NCBI GenBank assembly: GCA_965644265.1
Contig: OZ286474.1
Span: 64,294,001 to 64,358,000, forward strand
Length of the DNA stretch: 64,000 nucleotides
Origin: Glycera tridactyla
Taxonomy: Eukaryota
Reading direction: 5' to 3'
Position 1 is the first letter of the stretch, and every line of letters begins with the position of its first letter. Positions 51,461 through 62,950 of the stretch are shown in pieces. The notes beneath the pieces are model-generated. The model searched no databases. It was not told the DNA's origin and was given only the letters and a program-made list of their open reading frames with translations. A program made the translations under genes and the position numbers.

Positions 51461-52351
51461 AACGGTCAGCACAAATCTCACTGCCACACGACGAATGATA
51501 GATTGGGGATAATGGGTTATCACAGCAAATAACATGACTTGTTTGTATCTAGTGTGCGTGCTTACTCAAAGTGCGAAAAGACTACGCCATTATCCATTCC
51601 AGATGACCAGATGGGTGGTTATATGAAATGAATAATTGGGAAGCTGGACCGGTTTTTCTCGAGGTATAGTGATCTGCTTTTGTTTCTGTTTTCTATATTT
51701 TATTTTTATATATTTTTGCTGCCCGAAAGGTATTGTCAAGGTCGTAGATGCTGGATGTCGTTGTGTGTGATGGTGTCTCGTGTCTTTGGTCCTCTCCTTA
51801 AAATGGGGTCCGCCAATAGGCAATGGGGTACTATCGCATACATTCGGCATCAAATCAGTCTCTATAGCTTTGAAAATGTTTCTCTGGGATCTTGAAACAG
51901 CTAATATATATTTTTATTTAATGGCATGAATTCTGATTGACTGGTGCTCAGCTGCTGGCGTATAGGATGGACAACCATGCACTGGTCCTCTCCGTAAAAT
52001 GGGGTCCGCCGGAACATTGGAAACTGGCTATCCTGCATGCCATCATCGGGTCAAATAACCATTCAACCACCATTCAAATAAACCATTCAATCGATTAAGA
52101 ATAATTTGTATAGCCTATATATTTTTGAAATTATCAAATGGGTATTTGGAGATGGAGAGGATATGTATGTACTTGGGAGGAGGGGGGGGGAGGGAATAAG
52201 AACTAAGATCACAGTTGTCACTCACTTGAAAGAACCGAATTGAATATACTATATCTGCTACTATCTTAGATATGATTGTATAGCTTCTCAGGGACAATAT
52301 GATATTTTCCACTTGCATCAAAGCTAAAGTGCATCATCACTTTAATCTGAA

Positions 52352-55233
52352 ATGAACATTTGTATAAACTCATCTAAAGAATTAGCCGAATTATCTGGTA
52401 TCAAATATGCATATCTGAATGTCTGCAGTATTGTCCGCAAAATTGAAGACATAAGAGTTTTCTTGTTTAGGAGTAAGATAGACTTGCTAATTATTGGGGA
52501 AAGATTCCTGAATACTTCTATATCTGATTATGAGATTCAGATCAATAATTATAATATGTATAGATTCGACAGGGATTTAGGACAGGGAAAACGAGGGGGG
52601 GGGGTCTACTTGTGTATACTAGAATAGACAGAGATTTTGAATTCATTAGTATTTGGGGTCTATGTACGCCAGATCTAGAATATGTATGGCTAAAATTGAA
52701 CCTGAAGGATACAAGACCAACATATATATGTGGCTACTATCGTCCACCTGACGGAAATGTTATAAATGCCATTGACCTACTTGATAATAAGTATAAAGAT
52801 GTCATACATCTAGGGAATCATGATGTAATTTTTCTCGGAGACACGAATATAGATTTGGCATCTAAAAATAGACACTCTGAAAAATTAATAAATTTTTTGA
52901 AAGAAAATCACCTTACGCAGGAGATAATAAATCCAACTCGTATCACGAGTAAATCAAAATCGCTGATAGATCATATTATCACAAATAACCGAGAATTATA
53001 TGCTCGATCTGGCCAAATAGATATTGGTGTCTCTGATCATTCTATGATATTCACGATTCGAAAGAAGGGCCGATCATCTAAAAGAAGTCACTACATACAT
53101 TTGAGAGATTATAAAAACGCAGACTTTGAGAAAATAAATGCTGAGATTTTAAACATAGATTGGAAATTTCTGAATAATCTTGATGATATAGATTCCACAA
53201 TGAAAGACTTCTACATGAAAATTGGGCCTATTTTTGAATCGCATATTCCTGTCAAAAGAGTGAAAGTGAGAGATGATGCACCAGCATGGATGACTGGGGA
53301 GTATCATTGCATGGTAGATGAACGTGAGAAGGTAAGCAAACAGAAAAGACTTGACCCTACCCCTCAGATATGTTTAAGAAAGAAAGAAATTCAGAAAGAA
53401 ACCAAGAAATTGAAAATCCATCTTCAACGTAACTTTTTGAAAAGCAAACTAAACGAAAATCATGATGATCCTAAAACTCTGTGGAAAACTATAAGACATT
53501 TTTGGCCATCAAATAAACAAAACTCATCAATTAATAAAATAAATGGTAAAACAAGTGATCTTGAAATGTCTGAAGAGTTAAATAAATTTTTTGGAACCAT
53601 TGGAACCTCCCTATCAGAAACAATTGGACCTGTGGACCTCGATCCCACATCACTTATTAGACAGAAATATCACAATACCTTCTCACTATCAGAAACCACC
53701 AAAGATGCAATCCAGGAAATTATTGATGATATTAACCCGCATAAGGCTGGAATGGAAGATGTCCTCTCTGGTAAGTTTCTTAAGGGCATATCAGCATCTA
53801 TTTCACTACCGCTATCCCACATTTTTAATAAAAGTATACGTGATGGTAAATTTCCCACAGCTTGGAAACAAGCGACGATTAAGCCTTTATTTAAAGAAGG
53901 ACAGAAATCTGACCCTGCAAATTACCGTCCTATAAGCCTGTTAATACCTGCTAGTAAATTACTAGAGAGGATAATACAAAATCAGGTATCTTCTTACTAC
54001 GAAAGAATGAATCTACTGTGTCGAGAACAGTCGGGTTTCAGAAAGTTTCACTCCACTGGGACCTGTTTGATAGATTTTTTGGATGGCATATATCGAGGTA
54101 TAGATGAAGGAAAAGCAAGTGGAGTGATCTTCCTGGACCTGAAAAAAGCTTTCGATATGGTGGACCATTCAATCCTTTTACAGAAATTATCGGATTACGG
54201 TTTTGATCCACGGTCTGTACAATGGTTTGCCAGTTATTTAACCGATCGCGTATGCATGACACGAGTTAATGATGTTACATCAGGTCGACTGCCAATCAAG
54301 TGTGGGGTACCACAGGGATCAATACTTGGCCCTAGTCTTTTTACAATCTATATTAATGACCTTCCTACTTTCCTAGACAACGTGAAGACCAATTTGTATG
54401 CAGATGATACTGCCATCTCAGTCAGAGGAGATAATGCAAATGACTTAGAAATAAAGATGAATGATAACCTCTCTAAGGTTGCAACATGGTTGGCAGCAAA
54501 TAAACTGTCACTAAATGTAAAGAAAACGAAAGCGGTTGTTTTTGGTACTCGTAATATGATAAAAAATTATGGAAATTTAAATATTATAATAAATGAAACT
54601 AAAATTGAGATCGTAAATGAAATGAAATATCTGGGGCTCGTGCTTGATTCGCTGTTGACCTTTAACACTCATACTGAATATGTACGTAAAAAAACTATCG
54701 GCAAGATCAGGTTTCTTGGTAGACTAAGACCAATTTTAGATCAATCAACGACCATGATGTTATATAAAAGCCTGATCTTGCCGATTATTGATTATTGTGA
54801 TATCATATACTGTGGGACGAGTCAGAAAAGCTTACAAGATATACAAAGATTACAAAACCATGCCCTCAAGGTCGTCGCACGAAAACCCAAACGCACAAGT
54901 ACTATAGAATTACATGAGGAATTGAATATGCCCTTATTAGAAAAACGTCAAGAGCACCACACTCTTATACAAACAAGTAGAATGCTAGACGAAAAGTCGC
55001 CTGGAAAATTTAAAGATTTTTGTAAAATAAAAGCTAATCGACATTCTCACCAGACAAGAGCCAGTGCGAAAACATTGCTTGAAAAACCTGATACTAGATT
55101 GAGAATGTGTGAAAATAACTTTACAGTGCGTGCAGCAAAAATTTGGAACAAGTACTGCGAAGACTTTGAGGACTTTGAATTATTGCCTTATGATCAATTT
55201 AAAGACCATGTGAAACAATTTCTGCATTTATAG
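52352..55233 (+). CDS. LINE pol (APE plus RT) with a single frameshift in a G10 run at 52595-52604
   Basis: YLNVCSI, IIGERFL, GGGLLVY, CGYYRPP, GDTNID, SDHSM, NYRPISLL, FLDLKKAFD, PQGSILGP, YADDTA, KYLG; 873 codons open after the run. Confidence 0.93.
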
Positions 55234-55600
55234 TAGACTTACTCTTTAAACTTTTGCTATATATTGACCAAAGACGCCTATTTATCGGACATGAACATTG
55301 ACGATACACATCTCACCTCTATTACGATACCAACCCAAAAGGAAAGAAGTTTATAATCTTTGTAATGCTCACCTTATTATTTTATTTTTTCAAAATTCAG
55401 CATTTATTAAGTTAGAAAATGTTTTTGGATTTCTTGGTTATTATACTGTATTTTATTTTTATTTTTACATATTTGTCACTTATATGTGCGGATACTAACC
55501 CATTGCCATTGTCACTAACGATTTACTGGAGAGGGCTGCTACAGGCAGTTAATTGTATTAATCGTTATAAAATAAAGGTATATCTATCTATCTATCTATC

Positions 55601-57123
55601 TATTCAACAGGAGTCTTCAGACGACTAGTCTGGGTTGAGTCATCTGTAATAGGAGTATTATGGATGGTCACAGAGTACAACCTAAAATCTTTTGTCAATG
55701 CTGACAACGGGAAGTCCAAAGAGACCATTAGATACTCCTCATTAGTCCTAAAATAATTCACCCGTCCATATCGATAATAAAACTGAGGAGATAATTCCGT
55801 GAGATGAAAATAGGGATAATCTCATCTCATTTGCTCCTGCAGAGTCAAGATAGTATCTGTCAAGATTGCGTGATTCACCAAATAGGGGCTCAACTTCCCT
55901 CTTACTAAATCATTCACTGCTGCCATAAGATGGTCAATCTGAGGGCTCAATGTTTGCATTTTTTCTATCATGCTCGCAAGCACTGAACTGGAACTAATGC
56001 TGTACTGCATCACCCTCCAGAGGCGGTTGTCCACATGATGGGACAGGTCCTGCAGCTGTCCCTGCAATTCCGTTTGTAGTGCTGAAATGGTCCCTGCCAC
56101 GTTGGTAAATCGTTGGGACACTACATCCATGAACGAAGCAGTTTCACTTTGAAATTTGGTGAAGTGCCTCGCCGCTGTGAGTTGCTGATCTGTAGCAAAC
56201 TTCACCACCCTAGCCAGTCTCTCAACATCTTCGTTGATGGATAGTCCGAATACGTGTTTCCCTATCCAAGCGAACGGATTCCATCTCTTAACTTGACTAT
56301 TACACCTCACCACAGGTATGTACTGTTGAACTATTTCTCCCATCTCACCCAGCTGTATATCTACCTGCATAGCTAATTCCAAATAATGGTTATATTGTGC
56401 TAATTTATGATCCAAAATATTATTGACTTCATATGAGTCCTTCTGGGTGATATTCGCCAAAATCAAGGGTTCTGGTGCCTGTTGGGCTATTCTATCTTTG
56501 ATAGAACGTCTGGTTCGTTTTCCCTGTCCCCATTCATCCATTAGAGATGAACATTGAGGGTCTGGGCATTGTCTCTCAAATTCCTTTATACAATCAGGGT
56601 TATTATTTTCACAAGCGTCTCTAGCAGCTCGTCTTGAGCATACCAGACGTTTCTGTCTACCAGAGGATGTGAGATCCTTATCGATATCACTTATATCCTT
56701 CTTCATACACGCTTGATAGTTTACTACATAAGCCTGATAGGTCTGAGTATATCACCCATAGCTACTCCAGTTCACATAAGAGGCTAGATCCAAAATGGCA
56801 GTCCAAACTTTATTCGCATCTCTTACCATTTGGCGTTGAAACTTTCTCAGAAATCTATCTAACGAGTGGTTATCAGTACAATGCTGGTCCGTGCATGTTG
56901 TTTCTACATCTCTGAACAATTGCCTGCTAACTTCAGGAGGTATATCTACACAAAAGATATGTGTCCAACTTGAAGAAGCTAGATATAGTGTTTTCAAAGG
57001 TTGAAAACTCACACCATAGTTTGGTCTACTTACTGTATCTAGAACCCCATTGACTTCCATTTTGATATTCGAGATATCCAAATTAGATAAGGCCATAAGG
57101 GCAACTGTCCAAACCAGCGCCAT
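55601..57123 (-). pseudogene. env: env, N-terminal half (signal peptide, furin-like sites, fusion peptide, heptad repeat); two in-frame stops
   Basis: MALVWTVALMAL signal; RPNYGVSFQP...WTHIF; KRTRR and VKR/WNPFAWIGKHVFGLS; heptads; GKLSPYLV. These features resemble class I F-type fusogens (baculovirus F, errantivirus env). Confidence 0.85.
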
Positions 57124-57133
57124 CTCTCGGCTT

Positions 57134-57150
57134 CTGCAACACCAAAAATT
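57134..57150 (-). promoter_or_regulatory. Candidate splice acceptor for env subgenomic mRNA
   Basis: Minus strand ttttggtgttgcAG/aagccgagagATG, 10 nt before the env ATG. Confidence 0.5.
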
Positions 57151-57366
57151 ACGAAACTGGTTTTTAACTTCCGACTATGACCATTTTAGTATTACACTCT
57201 GCCCCTTACATTGATATATATATTTCTGCCATCTCTCTTTCAGATCAGTTGAAATCCAGCTAAAACCGTCTGACTCAAACTCTATCACAGATTCCTACTG
57301 CTGAAGTCCCTGTTTTCTCCATACTCGTTGCACACATTCATCCTCTTCTCTCACAAAACTGTTACT

Positions 57367-58056
57367 ATGGATCAAGTGGTTCTGCAGGAATCGATTCTGG
57401 ATCGCCTGGTTTACATTCTACAGGATCTGGATACACATCATGGTATCTCCCGGATTGATGTTCTAGCCGGGACGGATATCACTGTTGCGATCCTGAATCA
57501 ACAAGGATCAGGGGCACCACCTATGGGACATAGCATTTCTAGTCAATCCCAGCCTCCTCATCATACCATTCATTCAACTCTATGGTCGCTGGGAGACCAT
57601 TTGCTAACGACCACTCGAAATCTGGATGTGCCTCTTCGTTATGAGGAGCGCAGAGACCTGCAAAGGGTGATATCTCTGTTGTCTGAGATACCCTCTGTTG
57701 AGATGCCTCCCGCTCCAGGGAGAATGGACAATCCTCCCTCCAGACCTTCTAATACTGTCCGGCCTAGAAGGTTATCCATTACTTCATCCACAGCAGCTCA
57801 ACCTAGATCTGAGGAGGGATCACCCCCAAGTTCACCCTTTTCAGATATTGCAATGGATCCTCCCCCACTTCAAGATACTCCGTCTCCCGGCCATATCTCA
57901 CCTGCCCCCAGTATCGATTCCTTTCCACATTCGCCTAACTTCCCTCCACCAGCCTGGGGACATGATCCTCCAATGCCTCTGCTTATGGAAGACAATGACT
58001 CTAACGTATCTCTCCCCAGCCTAGAAGAAGGAGAGATACCCCCATCTGAGGAATAA
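57367..58056 (+). CDS. Antisense ORF between pol and env, 229 aa from ATG, Pro/Ser-rich acidic C-terminus, unknown function
   Basis: Uninterrupted although the flanking sense genes carry stops; ends SLEEGEIPPSEE. Confidence 0.55.
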   Translation: MDQVVLQESILDRLVYILQDLDTHHGISRIDVLAGTDITVAILNQQGSGAPPMGHSISSQSQPPHHTIHSTLWSLGDHLLTTTRNLDVPLRYEERRDLQRVISLLSEIPSVEMPPAPGRMDNPPSRPSNTVRPRRLSITSSTAAQPRSEEGSPPSSPFSDIAMDPPPLQDTPSPGHISPAPSIDSFPHSPNFPPPAWGHDPPMPLLMEDNDSNVSLPSLEEGEIPPSEE

Positions 58057-58712
58057 GGGATATAAACTGTTGGGATTGTATGTGTACATATCTGTTTATA
58101 AAGGAAGGATCTATCTACATTATCCCTCCTATTATCATGAGACTCCCCTATACTTCCATGAACCTTTCCCCAGACGCGTCATGGACTCTGGAGAAACATG
58201 GACGATGTCGATGTTTCACCACGCAGCACCCTACAAGGTGAGTTTACAGTCACATCTTTTGCTAAGTAGCTTAAGACTCAAGATGGCAGAGCCTACGACC
58301 TGGCCTAGTCGATTTTTATCACAGATAAGTTGTAAGGTACCTTATATACATTCATATGATAAATACAAGATAGCTCTCAGTGAATCCAGTTGGCTTCTAC
58401 GATCCCTATCGTACTGATTCCGGCCTACATTCGTGGCCAAGTCATAATGTCAGAAGATGTATTTGAACACCCACAAAGATCTCACATATGACATCCGGTC
58501 ATCGCTATCACCTAACATGTCCTTGTTACGGACATTCCTCATCCCTTGGTTACTGTGAATTGCATGATGGTCTACACATACAAGTATCCGATTCCACAGT
58601 CACTTATATACATCTATGAGTATTCCCCTACCTAGGAACGATATGAGCTCAAATTAGGATTTCTAATGGGGCTGCATCGAGATGTGTATGAACATCAAGC
58701 AAATTCCTGGCC

Positions 58713-58733
58713 ATATATATATATATATATATA
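58713..58733. repeat. (TA)n inside the Gypsy pol-env interval
   Basis: Read directly from the sequence. Confidence 0.9.
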
Positions 58734-58854
58734 TGGTCACATCTAGAGGCGCTATTGATTTATACCTTGATATTCCTCAATGCAGCTTGTCTTCTCGTAA
58801 CCGGCCCGGTTAAGTGCACCCTATCTGGATTTGCTGGTTTATGAACAGTCTTCG

Positions 58855-59987
58855 CTACCTGCTTGACCTGGGTTCTATTTCTTTGGCCAGATCTGCATGG
58901 ACTCTGGGTTCAGGATTCGCATGAGGGTCCTTAGAAAGGGTCCTTATCCTGCTATCGTCTTCGTCTCTGAATAACGATAATTTATTGCCATGTATAAGAG
59001 ATCCCAGAGACATGTTTGTGTGGGAATCTTGCAACTTATCCAAAACTCCGCCAAGAGTATCGGTGATACGATAGGGGCCCAAATGTTGGCTATCAGTTTT
59101 TCCTACTGCTTGTCCCGCTGGTCTGGCGGTTTTCATCCAGACAAGATCACCGATTTTGAAAGGCATCTAACCCACTTGGTATCGTTTCTCATATACCTCC
59201 TTATACCTCTTTGCAGAAATTTCTATATTCTTTCGGGCCATTTCCCTATGATAAGTAAGTTCTGGCAGCAAAGCCTCCAGGACTTCTTGGTCCTTGTCTG
59301 ATAACATTTCTGGATCTCTCACATGACAATATTCCCCAACCGAGGTATCAACCCCTGTCGCCAAAAACATGGGGGTATACCCTGAGGTCTGAGAGGTTGA
59401 AGTGTTTAGGTTCAACCTAACTACTGGCAGATATTGAACCCAATCATTGGTTTTACTCACCAACATCCTCATCATTGCTAGAATCGAACTATTCACTCTC
59501 TCCACTTTGCATTAGATTCGGGCCTATGACTACTGGTAAAAATACGTTTGTATCCCAAGAGAGATGCTAAGGTCTCCATCAGGATACTTCTGAAACTCTG
59601 GTGCCTATCAGTGGTTAAAATAACTGGGCAACCATGCCGACATATCCACTCACGAAAGAACGCTTTTGCAAGTGTTTCCGCCTTCTCATTTGGTATTGCA
59701 GCTAGCTCAACATAAGACGAAAATGAGTCTATCATCACCAGCAATTTAGTATGTCTTGTTTAAGGGTCTGCCGGAAGGGACAGGACATCCATATGGACAT
59801 GATACCAAATAGGGAATATTTGGCGCAATTCCAATGGAGACTTATAAGAATTATAAGGTCTCTTACCACTTCCGCATGTCTGGCAACTCTGTACGTATGC
59901 TTTCATATCTGCAGTCATCTTCGGCCAATAATACTTATTACGTACACTTATAAGTAACTTCGAGGCGCCTCGATGGTATCCCATCAT
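58855..59987 (-). pseudogene. Integrase (H-H-C-C remnant, D,D-E core, GPY module) in pieces
   Basis: YYWPKM...CQTC; VHMDV; IDSFS; LTTDR; HRPESN; ERVN; LGPYRI. Confidence 0.92.
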
Positions 59988-60984
59988 GTAAGTCTATTAC
60001 ATGGCTGCGAAACTGGATAGGTAGGCAGAGTTGCAAATAGTGATCGTCCCTCTCGCGGGAACCCGGCGTACTAAAAATTCTGTACATCAGGTCTTCTGCA
60101 CCTAGGATATGATGCTGATGGTCTCTCAATACGACTTTCATTTTCTCAGATTCTTTTGGTAGGGTTCCAAATTTCAAATAGTAATACATCTCTTTGAAAT
60201 CTGGACTTTCTTGTTGCATATCCCTCCACAAATGTGAATCTGCTTTAAACTGTTTCAGTTGTTCTTCTAAAAGGCGTGGTCCCAAGAAAGCATGTATCTC
60301 CTCATCGGATTCGCCATCTTTGGTTCCTTCCACGATTTCGTCTGAAACCATAGCCTCTTTCTGAGAAGTTTCCACCGCCTGCTTTGTATAAACATCACGA
60401 TTATTAGAGGTATGTCGGGTTTCATTTGCTATTTGACTTATAGTCTTTTCCCTAGGCATATCACCACCTATAGTCTTCACAAACATTACTATCGTTTCAT
60501 CCAACGGTGTCCCTAAATCCCTTTGGGTATAGTTTGTTTTGATGGATTTCTCTTCTGGTATCCTAGATAGTGCATCTACAGCCTCGATGGTTTTTCCAGG
60601 GGCATGCGTGATCTCTATGTCAAGACCCTGGATTTCCAGAGCCCATCTTAGGAGATTTGGTGCTGAAGAAGTCCTCAAATTCTTGAGATATCGTGCAGTC
60701 AAGTTATCAGTGGTGACATTCATTTTCTGTCTCCCCAATAAATGACGATATAAGCGTATTGACAGAATCAGACTGAAGGCTTCTTTGGAATTTATGTCCC
60801 AAACTCGTTGTTGTTCATTCAACTTTTTAGAGAAGAATGCCACAGGTCTGAGGCCATCATTGTCGACCTTCTGACTCAAAATGGATGATATACTATGTTT
60901 GGATGCATTGGTAGTCAGGAAGAATTCCAGATCCAACCTTGGATAGTGCAAGACTGCATTTTTCAAAAGTTCGGCACTTTCCAT
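59938..60984 (-). pseudogene. RNase H and linker
   Basis: TNASKHSISSILSQ, RPVAFFSKKL, KEAFSL, VTTDN, RWAL, HAPGK, VDALSR. Confidence 0.9.
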
Positions 60985-62128
60985 CCCACAGAAAAGGTGT
61001 ATCTTTTCGAGTAAGATTCGTAATGGGTTCGGCTATTTCTGCATACTTCTTGATGAATTTCCGGTAATATCCGGTAAGACCTAGCCATCTCCGGACTTCA
61101 GTCACGTTGGTCGGAGCCGGAAATTTCTGAATAGCCTTTACCTTTTCTGGATCTGGCTCAAGACCCTTTTCAGTCCAAATGTGACTTAAAAACTTGAGTT
61201 TCTTGCGTGCAAAATCACATTTTCTTGAGTGTCTGGTGAACCCATATTGTCTGAACTGATTGAACACTCTGGCCAGATGGACCAGATGGTCCTTAAAGGT
61301 CCTAGAAGCCACGAACACGTCATCCAGAAAATTCCAGACATACGTCTGTCCCAGACGACTAAGAGCTGCACTCATAGCTCTACTATATGTAAATGAAGCT
61401 AACGAGAGTCCAAAGGGTAATCGAAGAAATTTGTAGCTACCTTTCCCAGTTGTGAAAGTTGTACAGTCTTGACTATTTTTCTCCATAGCTATCTGATAAT
61501 AGCCAGATAGCATATCCAGAGAGGACATCCATCGTGGTGCTTGCCTGGCTATTGATTCGTATATATCGTCAAAAGTAGGCATCACGAACTATCCAGCCTC
61601 CTTCTGAGTCTTAGCATTCAGTGCTCGATAGTCAATGCAAGCTCTGTATAACACAGAACCGTCTGGCGCAGGATTTTTCTTTTTGACCATTACCACTGGA
61701 GACTGCCAAGAACTGTCAGACTCGACAATCAATTTAGCGGCTAGTAACTCCTGTATCTGTTCATCCAGAGATTCTTGCTTCTCTGGACTCAATTTGTATG
61801 GTCTCTGGCATACAATTTTTGCATCAGGCTCGAGTTTGATTTCATGTTCCACACATGTGACCTTTCCTAAATGTTCCGTAGAAGTGGCAAATATATCACG
61901 ATTCGCATTCAATAAGTCTACAAGTTGTCTTTTCTGTTCTCTGTTACAGTCTGACAAATCAAGAATTTCGTGCCATTCGATTTCTTCAAATACACAATCA
62001 CCACATAATTCCAGACCCAGCACGTTTTCTTTGAAAGCCTCTTCATTAAAGTAATTAGGCGGAACGGTTACGGTCGCCTGCTGATTTGATGTTACCATCT
62101 GCATAATGGCCATTACCTCTCCGCCCAC
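60893..62128 (-). pseudogene. Gypsy reverse transcriptase (in-frame stop at 61589)
   Basis: QRPYKLSP, WQSPVVMVKKK, RACIDYRALN, LDMLSGYYQI, TTFTT, LPFGLS, FLDDV, FLSH. Confidence 0.95.
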
Positions 62129-62179
62129 ATTACATGGATCAATGATCTCAATGTCATCATCGAAAGTGAGGCGTGCCAG

Positions 62180-62902
62180 TTACATGGAGGGTTGAACCTT
62201 TAATGGTTTATCACCAGAGTTCGCCACTTTTACTACGAGAGACCCTGACTCACTGATAGTAACTGAGCATGGATCCAACTGTAAGTTCACAGGTGTATCT
62301 GCATTGTTACTTGGGACTACGAAACCTTGGACTGATTCTACATCACTTTCGCCTGTGAAACCAGGAGAAAATAATGCGCTCAGCCAGTATTTATCGGCAA
62401 CTTGTAGCTTGATTGTTATGAATGTATGTGGTGGGATTGTGATATGATCTGTACTTATGACATCGATCGCCCGGTCAATAGGAACATGTGGCAGTATAGT
62501 AGCAATCAGTGGAGTTCCCTCAAAGGAGACAATACCCTGTTCAAGGTCTATAACCGCTCGGTGGTTCTTTAAAAATTCCATACCTACTATCATAGATACT
62601 GGCAGACCCTCAGCTACCATCAGGCCCACCGAAATTTCACGGCCTGCAATTTCAATAGGAATTTCCATGTGTCCTAAAATTGGAATTTGTTTCCCTGAAG
62701 CGTCTGCTAATTTCAAAAATTTACCACCATCTATGGGCAAATAGCACTCCAGGTTGAATTGCTCCCACTGATTCTTACTAATCAGACTTGTGGTGGCCCC
62801 GGTATCTACAAGAGCCCTCGCAACCATGCCATTATGCATCACACATATGAGACTACCATCTAGATTCAGAGAGAATTTTGTACCATCATTTTTAGCAAAC
62901 AT
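62180..62902 (-). pseudogene. Retropepsin-type aspartic protease and spacer
   Basis: ALVDTGATTSLI and MIVGMEFL motifs. Confidence 0.92.
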
Positions 62903-62950
62903 TATATTTGGATCACCACTTTTTGTCTTTGGAGGAGTGAATATGGAAGA

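Larger units (their letters stand above)
47815..55600 (+). mobile_element. CR1/L2-group LINE family B, apparently full length and nearly intact: ORF1, SGNH esterase, spacer, APE-RT, AATAAA, (CTAT)n tail
   Basis: Both junctions map into one env codon run (GAA TAC) with a 3-nt TAT overlap at 47812-14 and 55601-03. Confidence 0.95.

Noticed and set aside
47926-54262. Short minus-strand ORFs over LINE B
   Set aside because: Antisense shadows of real ORFs with no motifs
61320-61345. FLDD instead of YLDD as a special RT variant
   Set aside because: A single-base change in a copy with many other lesions; not interpretable without a consensus
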